64,000 nucleotides of DNA from Candidatus Moraniibacteriota bacterium (GTDB taxonomy: Bacteria > Patescibacteriota > Minisyncoccia > Moranbacterales > UBA1568): contig JBAQEZ010000003.1 in NCBI GenBank assembly GCA_049287005.1, positions 533,808-597,807 on the forward strand. Direction: 5' to 3'. Made by a program: the position numbers and the translations under genes. Positions 45,555 through 54,057 of the stretch are shown here, piece by piece (the first letter of the stretch is position 1; each line of letters begins with the position of its first letter). The notes under the pieces are model-generated. The model saw nothing but the letters and a program-made list of their open reading frames with translations. It did no database searches and had not been told where the DNA came from.

Positions 45555-46669
45555 AGACTGTCGTATATTTTTTCGTATTGTTGGGCGGTATTTTTGAGAT
45601 CGAAATGATCCTGCACGAAACGGCGCGCGTTGTTGCCAAGACGCTCATATTCCTCTCGATTATCCCTCAAATAAGCCACTGATTCGATGAGTTTGACTCC
45701 GGAATCTTTCGGAATGGTAACACAAATGTCATGATTTGAAAACTCTCGAAATTGCTCCAAATCAGAGAGAATGACCGGCGTGCCGCAAGCGTAGGCTTCG
45801 ATGATCACCAGCGGCACATCGAATTTTCCTGTGAGATTTGCGACAGGGAAAAGGATGATGTCAGCGGTGTTGTAGAGAGCCGCCATATCAGGGATCGTAT
45901 CTGAGAAAGAGACGTACTGCAGCACGTTCGCTTCCGAGAAACGTTTTTTGACGGCTTCTTTTTTCTTGGCATCTTCTGCATTTTTTACGCGGCAAGCGAA
46001 GACGAAACGGATATCAGTATCAGGATTTCTCGTAAAGAACTCTATGAAACAATCAGTCAGCATATCGGTAGCGCCGAGACGGATGTATTCGCCTGGATAG
46101 ACAACCATAAAATGGTTTTTACTGAGACCCAGCCGTTCCAGGATACGTGCATCTTTCGGTTCTGGACGATAGCGATCCAGGTCAATGCCCGGGTAGATAC
46201 GCATGACGTTTCCAAATCCGAGCTGCTCCAGTTTTTCTTTGGAACGGTCGGTATAGACAACGAGCCGATCAGCGAAGAAGAGATTTCTGAGCTCGTCAGC
46301 GGCATAGAGGTCATCGCGGAGCGTGGCGATTGTCTGCAGGGTTTTACCCTTCGTCGGTTTGGCGAACCACTTGATGAGATTCATATTCTGCTTGGTCGGC
46401 GTGAAGAGATAATGCGTGATATCGAATTGATTGCGGATACGCCGGAGATAGGCCAAAAATTCAAACTTCGCCTTCAAGTCGAAACGACCGCTTGAAAAAA
46501 TCGGCTCTTCATGGACGTTATCGGGCATGCCGCTCAATTTCTCTCTGGTTGTCAGAAGCGTCAAAGAATAGTTTCTCACTTCTTTGCCGAGAAAATAGGC
46601 GAAATTTTTGGAAGCCTCATCCCAAGGAGGAACGAGCGGTCGCGTGGCGAGGAGTATTTTTTTGGACAT
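45551..46669 (-). CDS. GT-B fold glycosyltransferase (family 4-like)
   Basis: The C-terminal domain ends IIEAYACGTPVILSD, an EX7E-like region. Length is 372 aa. Confidence 0.6.
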   Translation of the reverse strand: MSKKILLATRPLVPPWDEASKNFAYFLGKEVRNYSLTLLTTREKLSGMPDNVHEEPIFSSGRFDLKAKFEFLAYLRRIRNQFDITHYLFTPTKQNMNLIKWFAKPTKGKTLQTIATLRDDLYAADELRNLFFADRLVVYTDRSKEKLEQLGFGNVMRIYPGIDLDRYRPEPKDARILERLGLSKNHFMVVYPGEYIRLGATDMLTDCFIEFFTRNPDTDIRFVFACRVKNAEDAKKKEAVKKRFSEANVLQYVSFSDTIPDMAALYNTADIILFPVANLTGKFDVPLVIIEAYACGTPVILSDLEQFREFSNHDICVTIPKDSGVKLIESVAYLRDNREEYERLGNNARRFVQDHFDLKNTAQQYEKIYDSL

Positions 46670-46693
46670 AAAGCAATGGCGGAAATTTGCAAA

Positions 46694-47047
46694 TTATCTA
46701 TATATCTCTTTTCTATCATTTCCGGCCGTAACGGTAATTTTCACGCGTTCGCTCTGTTTCGTGATGGACGGGGGCGTAACGGTCGTTCTTTCTCCACGTT
46801 TGGCAATGAACGCTTCCTTCAGAATCGTTTCCCTGCCTACGGTTATTTCATAACGGAAATCGGTCTGGTCACTGTGATTTTCCACGACAAATCCGAGATT
46901 TTCTTCTTGTTTCGGCAAGACGAAAGAAAGCGTCCACCAATTTTTTCCTTGATCTGGATCCAGTTCGCGATCATTCTGCCAGAAGAGCAAGAGCGCGCTG
47001 ATAGCGAACAGTGTGATGAAAAAAAGGATGAAAGATTTCTGTGTCAT
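46694..47047 (-). CDS. small signal-anchored extracytoplasmic protein, hypothetical
   Basis: Begins MTQKSFILFFITLFAISALLLFWQ then a hydrophilic domain. The start is chosen to avoid overlap with the upstream gene. Confidence 0.3.
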   Translation of the reverse strand: MTQKSFILFFITLFAISALLLFWQNDRELDPDQGKNWWTLSFVLPKQEENLGFVVENHSDQTDFRYEITVGRETILKEAFIAKRGERTTVTPPSITKQSERVKITVTAGNDRKEIYR

Positions 47048-47051
47048 AGGG

Positions 47052-49091
47052 TCAGTTTTTTCGTTCGTAGATATGGATATCATTTGAGACGTAAATGCGA
47101 GAAAATTGCTGTGACTTCTCAAATTGGGTCGTATCGAGATGCGGGTTGATCACCACGAAACGGGTGTTCAGATCATCATAACATTTCTTACCGCTTTCCG
47201 TATTGGGTATGGAAATCATAGAGAGCGTACATTGTTCACGGTTGGGATTGTCCTCATAACGCTTGAAGAAACCGCGTGAAAGCGGATACGCATAATCGCG
47301 CAGGAAGAAAAGCTTCATCCAGGCATCGGCGGCGATATAGTTGTGGTCTTTCAAGATGATATCTTCTGGCGTGGTATTGGCAGCGAGATAGCGTGAAGCG
47401 GCAAAGGTTTGCAGCGCCCCGAGAGCCTTGCTATTGGGCAGGAGTGTCTGGTTGTTATCGAGCGATCCGTCTCCGGCAGCGAAAACGAAAAAAGTGAGGC
47501 TACTCAAGAGAATGAGGACGCTGGGAATCCGAAATTGAACCGCTTGATTTCGCAGGGTGGCAAAAAAGGCGATCGTGGCAAAAGCTGCCAAGAGACCGAT
47601 CGGAAAAGAAAAATAGGTCACGATGCGATTGGAGGGGATGTCTATAAAAAGCCATTCCGGATGGAGCGTCATCACGAAAAGAATAACCGACCATCCGATG
47701 AGAAACGCTCCTGCATAGCGCCTCTGTTTACCGAGCGCGAAGATGAGACAACCTCCGACGAGACCGGTGGCTACTCTGGCCGATCCGGAAGAGGAGGTTA
47801 TTTGCAGGAAAGAAAGTCCGGTACGAGTATTTTTGGTCGGTGCGCCGAGGACCGTACCGACAGCATTGGTTTCGATATAAGTCGGCATAGCGACGAGGAA
47901 AAAGAAGGCGACACAGAAAGAAGCGACGAGGAGCGGACCAGGCGACAAGATGAGTTTCCACCAGGAAAAGAAAAGCGTTCTCCATGTACTGAAATGGGCG
48001 AAGCTATACATCAGCAGAGATACGACGAGGACAAAGAGCAACATCAGCGTACTCAGATGATGTGTGTAGGCCAGCGTGAAAACGAGAAAAAATGCGAGCG
48101 CGAGAAAACCCGGGCGTTTTTCTTTGAGCGCACGGAACAGGATGAGAAAAATAAGTGGAATAAAAAAATTGCCAAAGGTGTTTCCGACGACACCGCCCGA
48201 GACGAATTTCGCTTCCGGCGAAGCGAGCGTATAGAGAGGACCGAAGAAAAAAAGTGCCATCAGAGCGATATTGTGCGGTGTGAATACCTTGTGGGAAAGG
48301 AAGGGGCTTGCCATATTGGCGGCGAAACGCAGGGCGAGCATGAACAACGTAAGCACGCTGAGCATATTGACAAGCAGCAGGAGGATGACGGGGAAAGCGG
48401 AAAGGAAGTCTAGTTTCACGAACATGTTGATAGCTGCAAAAGGCAAATGTTCCCCGATGATGAAGTCGGCGATAGGTTGCGGATCCGTCAGTTGATATAT
48501 ATTATTGGTGTCGGTGATGATTTCCTGTTTCGCGTATGCGGGCAACGTTCCCGTAGTGGCAATGAGTTTGGACCAGTACATATGATGGCCGAGGTCGGTC
48601 GCAGTCGGGAGCACGGCATGCATCAGATAGATAACCTTGATCAGAAGCGTCAATCCGAGCAGAAGCATGAACAGCCATCCTTGTCGCCTGGTGAACGGGA
48701 GGGAGGCTGCGTGTTCAATAGGCTGGTTTCCTGTGTTTTTTTGCTTCCGTTCTACGAGCCATGCTACCAAAAAGAGCATGCCCAACACGAGAAAAATACC
48801 CAGCATGATTGAAAATATATCTATACGAATATGCAGTTTCCCTATGAGAATCATCAGAAAATCAATCAGGCCAACACTGATGCCGAAAGAAAAAATAAGC
48901 GCTTCTAAAGGAAAAAAAGAGGCGGTTTTGCGAAAAAACAAGCGCAGGAGAATCCAGCCCGGTAAAAACAAGAGTATTCCCGTCGCGAGAGAAAAAAGGA
49001 ATGTATTGAGAATCGGATGCATGGCTATTATATGGTTCTTTTGATAAAGGTTTTCAGCGCCTCGACATAGAGACGCGCGATGATATTCCAA
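47052..49091 (-). CDS. large polytopic integral membrane protein, putative glycan polymerase/transferase
   Basis: 679 aa with more than 14 hydrophobic segments. A soluble C-terminal domain with Cys residues is probably extracytoplasmic. No recognised motif. Confidence 0.45.
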   Translation of the reverse strand: MEYHRASLCRGAENLYQKNHIIAMHPILNTFLFSLATGILLFLPGWILLRLFFRKTASFFPLEALIFSFGISVGLIDFLMILIGKLHIRIDIFSIMLGIFLVLGMLFLVAWLVERKQKNTGNQPIEHAASLPFTRRQGWLFMLLLGLTLLIKVIYLMHAVLPTATDLGHHMYWSKLIATTGTLPAYAKQEIITDTNNIYQLTDPQPIADFIIGEHLPFAAINMFVKLDFLSAFPVILLLLVNMLSVLTLFMLALRFAANMASPFLSHKVFTPHNIALMALFFFGPLYTLASPEAKFVSGGVVGNTFGNFFIPLIFLILFRALKEKRPGFLALAFFLVFTLAYTHHLSTLMLLFVLVVSLLMYSFAHFSTWRTLFFSWWKLILSPGPLLVASFCVAFFFLVAMPTYIETNAVGTVLGAPTKNTRTGLSFLQITSSSGSARVATGLVGGCLIFALGKQRRYAGAFLIGWSVILFVMTLHPEWLFIDIPSNRIVTYFSFPIGLLAAFATIAFFATLRNQAVQFRIPSVLILLSSLTFFVFAAGDGSLDNNQTLLPNSKALGALQTFAASRYLAANTTPEDIILKDHNYIAADAWMKLFFLRDYAYPLSRGFFKRYEDNPNREQCTLSMISIPNTESGKKCYDDLNTRFVVINPHLDTTQFEKSQQFSRIYVSNDIHIYERKN

Positions 49092-50107
49092 TGGTAATGC
49101 GCTTCGGTGTAGCGAAGAGCTCTCTCTCCCAGCGCGCGGCGTTCATTTTCATCAGACAGAAGCGATATGATGGCTTTTTCAAAAGCCGCATGGTTTCCCG
49201 GTTCGACGAGCAGGCCGTTCTCGTTGTGGCGAATAGCGTCTTTCAATCCCTCCAGACTGGCGGCGACGACCGGTCGTCCGCAGGCAGTCGCTTCGATGAC
49301 GGCGATGCCGAAACCCTCCATATCGCCCGGAACGCGAATGTTCGGTTGTATAAAAATGTCAGCCGTGTTGAGGAGAAGATTGCGATCCGCATCAGAAACC
49401 CGTCCCAACATCTTGACCTGACGTTCCCTGCCGGTTTCTCGTATGGCGGCTCTGATATTTTCTTCTTCCGGTCCAGCACCGGCCAGCACATAGAGGACGG
49501 TGGGCGGCAACTGTGGCAGCACGGCACGGATGAACCATGCCGCTCCCTTGCGCTTGGCCAGGCGTCCGGCAGTGAGGAGCACTTGTTTCTGAGTCAGATC
49601 AACACGGAGCAGCTTGCCCAGGTCTGTCCTCGTGTAGTTTTTCCGTAAGGTTTCCGGATCGATACCATTGGGGATTACGGTTATTTTTTCTTCCGGAATC
49701 TTCTTCGCAACGGCGACAGCGCGCGTTTCCTGGCTCACGGCGATCAATCCGTCCAGGGAAGGCAGAAAACACCGTACCCAGAATCGTTGATACGCATCAT
49801 TCGCATAAGTGAGGTCGAGTCCATGCACGATGGAGACGATCGTTTTCCGGGGATAGACAAGCTTGATGAGAAATCCCACGATGGCCAGCACGCCATCGCC
49901 CAAAAGAATCACATCGTAGCGGGAGGCCGTACAAAGCATGCGGAGCGTGATATAGGGGAAAAACAAGACCAGCGCCTTCTTGCCGTGACGATTCGCAACG
50001 GTCGTGACGGTGGCAAATTTCTTGAGCCAAACAGAAAGGGCGTAATTCTGGTTCTCGATGCCGCCTGTCACCGGTGGATAGGCGCGCGAGATGAATACTA
50101 TTCTCAT
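49028..50107 (-). CDS. family 4 glycosyltransferase
   Basis: EGFGIAVIEATACGRPVVAAS. The start is placed at MRIVFIS. The longest ORF reaches 50128. Confidence 0.75.
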   Translation of the reverse strand: MRIVFISRAYPPVTGGIENQNYALSVWLKKFATVTTVANRHGKKALVLFFPYITLRMLCTASRYDVILLGDGVLAIVGFLIKLVYPRKTIVSIVHGLDLTYANDAYQRFWVRCFLPSLDGLIAVSQETRAVAVAKKIPEEKITVIPNGIDPETLRKNYTRTDLGKLLRVDLTQKQVLLTAGRLAKRKGAAWFIRAVLPQLPPTVLYVLAGAGPEEENIRAAIRETGRERQVKMLGRVSDADRNLLLNTADIFIQPNIRVPGDMEGFGIAVIEATACGRPVVAASLEGLKDAIRHNENGLLVEPGNHAAFEKAIISLLSDENERRALGERALRYTEAHYHWNIIARLYVEALKTFIKRTI

Positions 50108-50108
50108 A

Positions 50109-51074
50109 TTACTTCTTGTATTTTTCAACTCGCATGCGATAGAGGATTTCTTCGTTCAGCATCCGCGCCCCCTTCACCATATCCGCGATCAGACCGAAAA
50201 TAACCAATTGGAGCCCGATGAGAAACAAGATCGCGGAAGCGAACAGGTAATTCCGATAGGGAGCGACTTTCATATCTGGAAAATAGAAGCCAAGGAAAAT
50301 CGTAAGCAAGAGCACCGCAATCAGAATAAGAATCGTTCCCGGGGTAGCGAAGAATTTCATGGGACGGATATCCCGGAACGCTTTGACGATGATACGGGCG
50401 CTGTTGTTGACATATTTCCAGATCGTTTTGACCACGCGCGATTTCCGTCCTTCGAAATATGTCACTTGTACCGGGATCCATGTCAGCTTCAGATTTTTTC
50501 CGATAGCGTCAATGATAGTCTCTTGGGTATAGGTAAAACCGGCAGGGTCGTTCAATCGAAGAAGCGTTTCGCGATTATGACCACGAAATCCGCAGGTGAG
50601 ATCAACAACAGGTCTGCCGAGCGCTGATCCGACAATCCACGCTCCCAATCTGTTTAATTTGTCTTTCAGGAAAGGAATATTTTCTGCGGTACTTTTCGAA
50701 AAACGATCTGCGATAACCATATCCGCCGTATGAGCGAGAATCGGATCAATGATTTTTTGAATGTCATTTGGATCGAATTGTCCATCGGCATCGATATTGA
50801 CGAGGATGTCAGCTCCATTTTCGAGAGCACTTTCACGAGCCGTCCGAAACATGACGCCCAAACCGCGATTGCCATCATGAGAAATGACAATATCGGCGCC
50901 ACCGGCATGAGCCTCTTGTACGGTGCGATCAGTGGATCCATCATCGATAACTTGCACGAGTACTTCATCGATACCGATAAAGGTACGCGGAATATTTTTG
51001 ATAGTGTTTTCAATTTTCGCTTCTTCATTAAAAGCCGGCAGATTGACTATGAGTCGCATATGTGAGAAATTCAA
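50109..51074 (-). CDS. polyprenyl-phosphate glycosyltransferase, GtrB/DPM1-like GT2 with C-terminal TM helices
   Basis: LIVNLPAFNEEAKI...VIDDGSTDRT...IDADGQFDP. The C-terminal TM pair is FFATPGTILILIAVLLLTIF and LFASAILFLIGLQLVIFGLIADMV. Confidence 0.8.
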   Translation of the reverse strand: MNFSHMRLIVNLPAFNEEAKIENTIKNIPRTFIGIDEVLVQVIDDGSTDRTVQEAHAGGADIVISHDGNRGLGVMFRTARESALENGADILVNIDADGQFDPNDIQKIIDPILAHTADMVIADRFSKSTAENIPFLKDKLNRLGAWIVGSALGRPVVDLTCGFRGHNRETLLRLNDPAGFTYTQETIIDAIGKNLKLTWIPVQVTYFEGRKSRVVKTIWKYVNNSARIIVKAFRDIRPMKFFATPGTILILIAVLLLTIFLGFYFPDMKVAPYRNYLFASAILFLIGLQLVIFGLIADMVKGARMLNEEILYRMRVEKYKK

Positions 51075-51077
51075 AAG

Positions 51078-51359
51078 TTATTTATCCCAAGTTTTACTTA
51101 CTTTTTTGATTTTCTTGGGCGCATAGGCAGAGTCTCGTGCTTGAATTCTTTCTTCTTCATCTTTAAATTTTTTTCTGAACTCTTCCCAATCAGCATTTTC
51201 CCCGTCATCCTTGATACTTTGTATGGCGTTTTTTGTATCTTGATCCAAGACTTCATAGCTGTTAATCATGGTGGCTATGACAGGAGGAGTCCCTTTTTCC
51301 AAATGTTCAGATTTTAAAGAATCAGGTTTTTGAAAAATCTTTGGGAATGAAATTTCCAT
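51078..51359 (-). CDS. hypothetical small soluble protein
   Basis: 93-aa ORF in the operon with a charged C-terminus. Confidence 0.3.
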   Translation of the reverse strand: MEISFPKIFQKPDSLKSEHLEKGTPPVIATMINSYEVLDQDTKNAIQSIKDDGENADWEEFRKKFKDEEERIQARDSAYAPKKIKKVSKTWDK

Positions 51360-51360
51360 A

Positions 51361-51597
51361 TTACTTTTTCCTGATTAAAATACTCGGATCAACACATTGA
51401 AAACTGCAATTTTCTTTGGCACCCTGGATACCGCCTTGGATGAGATTCTTCTGGCATTCAACAAGCTTTTCTTGGCAAGCATCCTTGCGCTCACCGAAGT
51501 AGTTCATATTCACTTCGTAACCGAAATACGGCAATACAAAATACGCCAGTACTGCGACACCGGCCAACCAAATAATAAGTTTGATGATTGAAAACAT
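51361..51597 (-). CDS. hypothetical small membrane-anchored Cys-rich protein
   Basis: 78 aa. N-terminal TM IIKLIIWLAGVAVLAYFVL, then four Cys (C-x5-C...C-x3-C). Confidence 0.3.
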   Translation of the reverse strand: MFSIIKLIIWLAGVAVLAYFVLPYFGYEVNMNYFGERKDACQEKLVECQKNLIQGGIQGAKENCSFQCVDPSILIRKK

Positions 51598-51600
51598 ATA

Positions 51601-52887
51601 TTAACGGCCGATTCCTTTGTAAATGATACCCGCCTTCTTGAACGCATCCCTATCAAGACAATTTTTTCCGTCGACGATGACTTTGATGCCATACTTTTTG
51701 AGGAGCTCTGGCGTGAGTGCCTCTATGAATTCCTTATGATTGGTCGCTACCAACAGAGCGTCCGCTTTTTTGAGCAGAGCCTCGAGAGACTTCATGCTGG
51801 ACTCCGCCTTGGCGTGCGGGTCAAACGTTTCCACCTTGCAAGAATGTTGTTTCAGATACTTGATGATCGGGAAAGAGGGCGATTCACGGAGATCATCGAC
51901 GTTAGCTTTGTAGGAGAGGCCCAAAACACCCACCACCGTATCTTTCATCGGCATACGGTTTTCATTGAGAGCATCCTGGAGGCGTTCTACCGTGTAGGCC
52001 GGCATATCGTTGTTGGTCTTGATGGCGAGCTTGAGGAATTCATGATCGAAGCCGGATTCCTTGGCTCGTTCGACGAGGTAGTGCGGATCGACGGGAATGC
52101 AATGGCCGCCGACGCCGCAGGACGGATAATGCGCCATGAAGGCGAAAGGCTTGGTCGCCGCGCCCAGAATGACATCTTTGACATCGATATCAAGCTTGTC
52201 AAAAGAACGGGCGATTTCATTGACGAAAGCGATGTTGATATTGCGGAAGGAGTTCTCAAGGATCTTGACCGCTTCTGCCTCACGGATTGTTTTCATGGGG
52301 CGGATATCCGCGTCCACGATGCTGCGGTAGAACTGAAGCGACATGTCCAGCCCCTTTTTGTCGAATGAACCGACCACGCGGGGAATATTGGTCACGTTCC
52401 ACTGCGGATCTCCAGGATTGATGCGTTCCGGACAATGCGAAATATAGATATCCTTGCCGATGGTAAACCCGTGTTTTTCAAAAATCGGCTTGACGATCTC
52501 CTCGGACACGTACGGATTGACCGTCGATTCGAGTACGATGAGCGCCCCTTTCTTGCAGTACGTGGCAACCAGCTCGCAAGCTCCGATCACCGGACCGAGA
52601 TCCGGATGATGGGCGGCATCGACCGGTGTCGGTACACAGATGATGTGAATATCAGCCGAAGCGATGTCTTTGGGAGTACTCGTCGCTTTGAATGGATACT
52701 TCAGGAGATTTTCTTCCAGGAAAGTGTCCTTAAAAAGCCGCTCGCCTTTTTTGAGCATATTGATCTTCTTTTCATCGATGTCAAATCCGATCACATGGTA
52801 CCCTTTTTCTTTGGCGCGCACCGCCAGTGGCAATCCCACATATCCTAACCCGATTATCGATACCGTCTTCAAATCATATTGAGCCAT
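51601..52887 (-). CDS. nucleotide-sugar dehydrogenase, UDP-N-acetyl-D-mannosamine / UDP-GlcNAc 6-dehydrogenase-like (WecC/WbpA family)
   Basis: VSIIGLGYVGLPLAV is the NAD fold. The catalytic Cys is in GVGGHCIPVDP. Length is 428 aa. Confidence 0.8.
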   Translation of the reverse strand: MAQYDLKTVSIIGLGYVGLPLAVRAKEKGYHVIGFDIDEKKINMLKKGERLFKDTFLEENLLKYPFKATSTPKDIASADIHIICVPTPVDAAHHPDLGPVIGACELVATYCKKGALIVLESTVNPYVSEEIVKPIFEKHGFTIGKDIYISHCPERINPGDPQWNVTNIPRVVGSFDKKGLDMSLQFYRSIVDADIRPMKTIREAEAVKILENSFRNINIAFVNEIARSFDKLDIDVKDVILGAATKPFAFMAHYPSCGVGGHCIPVDPHYLVERAKESGFDHEFLKLAIKTNNDMPAYTVERLQDALNENRMPMKDTVVGVLGLSYKANVDDLRESPSFPIIKYLKQHSCKVETFDPHAKAESSMKSLEALLKKADALLVATNHKEFIEALTPELLKKYGIKVIVDGKNCLDRDAFKKAGIIYKGIGR

Positions 52888-52931
52888 AGCGAATTCAAGC
52901 TTTAAGAATAAGGAATTAACAACTGGCTCTT

Positions 52932-52960
52932 ATTGTACTGAAAAGCGCCATTTTTGGCAA
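52932..52960 (-). promoter_or_regulatory. candidate sigma70-type promoter for the minus-strand operon starting at 52887 (TTGCCA-17-TACAAT)
   Basis: Read on the minus strand: TTGCCA (plus 52955-52960), a 17-nt spacer, TACAAT (plus 52932-52937). Confidence 0.4.
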
Positions 52961-52981
52961 ACAATTGGCGATTTATGACGC

Positions 52982-53010
52982 TTGACTTATTTCTATTTTT
53001 ATGCTATCAT
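52982..53010 (+). promoter_or_regulatory. candidate sigma70-type promoter (TTGACT-17-TATCAT) for the GT2 gene at 53087
   Basis: TTGACT 52982-52987, a 17-nt spacer, TATCAT 53005-53010. The SD AAGGAG lies 7 nt before the ATG at 53087. Confidence 0.5.
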
Positions 53011-53086
53011 ATGAGGTCCATAAAAAATGGGCGTTCCCGTACCTAAACAATTTATTTTTGGCCATCGTGGCCGGAAGGAGCTTTTG

Positions 53087-53860
53087 ATGAAAATTCGTAT
53101 TTTTACTCCGGCATTCAATGTGGTCGCGAGTATCCCTACTCTCCTGCGCGAACTCGATGAGGTCATTGGAACCCTGATTCGCAACGGGAATATCGTCGAA
53201 GTACTTGTCATCGACGATAATTCAGTTGACGGAACAAAGGATATCCTTGATGCGGCTCTCTCTGAATACCGATGGCTCCGAGTTCAACATAATGAAAAGA
53301 ATCTCGGTAATGCTGGCAATATTGTCGCCGGTTATCGTTGGGGCGCTGATTCGGATGCGGACATCGTCGGTTGTCTGGATGCCGACGGCGAACATTCGCC
53401 CTACGCCATGATTCGCCATTTGCGGATGATCGGAAATGGTGAATGCGACGGTATTGCGGGGAGTATCATCTTTCCCGATCACGATGCCAATCACCACGAC
53501 CGCAACATGATGCGCTTCTGGGGTGGTATGGAGGCAGCGATGGCTGGAGTCGACGGATTGTTTTATATCCAGTCACCCGGCTACAATCTCCACCAACGGC
53601 ATCGCGTGGAAAAGGCGCTGGAACTCTTTACGGAGTACCAGAAGTTTTTTGCCAAAAATACGACCGAGCCATTTCCGCGGTGGGGTTTGCACGGCGTGAT
53701 GATTCACCTCATCGCCGTCGGCACAGGCGCTCACATCAAGGCGGCATATCTGGAGTGCTTCGGTCATTCACCGAACCGCACACCGGACAAGCTCCTCCTC
53801 CAAGCCAACGCAGCCAACATCCATACGGTGATGCTATCCAAATTTCTGCCGAAGAAATAA
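53087..53860 (+). CDS. family 2 glycosyltransferase
   Basis: MKIRIFTPAFNVVASIPTLLRELDEV...VLVIDDNSVDGT...LDADGEH. The start is placed at the Met preceded by AAGGAG. The longest ORF begins at 53027. Confidence 0.65.
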   Translation: MKIRIFTPAFNVVASIPTLLRELDEVIGTLIRNGNIVEVLVIDDNSVDGTKDILDAALSEYRWLRVQHNEKNLGNAGNIVAGYRWGADSDADIVGCLDADGEHSPYAMIRHLRMIGNGECDGIAGSIIFPDHDANHHDRNMMRFWGGMEAAMAGVDGLFYIQSPGYNLHQRHRVEKALELFTEYQKFFAKNTTEPFPRWGLHGVMIHLIAVGTGAHIKAAYLECFGHSPNRTPDKLLLQANAANIHTVMLSKFLPKK

Positions 53861-53893
53861 AATCGGCAACCAAGTCCTTCATCGAAAGGCAAT

Positions 53894-53929
53894 CGCAGGG
53901 TTTTCTCTCACGGGAACCCTGCTTTTTTT
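53894..53929 (+). terminator. rho-independent terminator
   Basis: CGCAGGGTT-loop-AACCCTGC followed by a T7 run. Confidence 0.6.
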
Positions 53930-53975
53930 GTCTAAAAAGAAGTTGGATTCCGGATGATGATTTCTGTTTCGTGGG

Positions 53976-54004
53976 TTGACAAAAGAGAATAAATGCAGTA
54001 TTAT
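53976..54004 (+). promoter_or_regulatory. candidate sigma70-type promoter (TTGACA-17-TATTAT) for the EamA-family gene
   Basis: TTGACA 53976-53981, a 17-nt spacer, TATTAT 53999-54004. The SD AAAGGA precedes the ATG at 54058. Confidence 0.55.
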
Positions 54005-54057
54005 TTGTTTTTCTTTAACAAAAGATGCTATCCTGACAACATTACAAAGGAAACTTT

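Noticed and set aside
47409-48413. 334-aa plus-strand ORF, glutamate/arginine-rich, inside the large membrane protein gene
   Set aside because: It is a low-complexity shadow of a hydrophobic-protein gene read in reverse.
51736-52368. 210-aa plus-strand ORF antisense to the WecC-like dehydrogenase
   Set aside because: It is a shadow ORF. The sense strand has an NAD-binding fold and a catalytic Cys motif.
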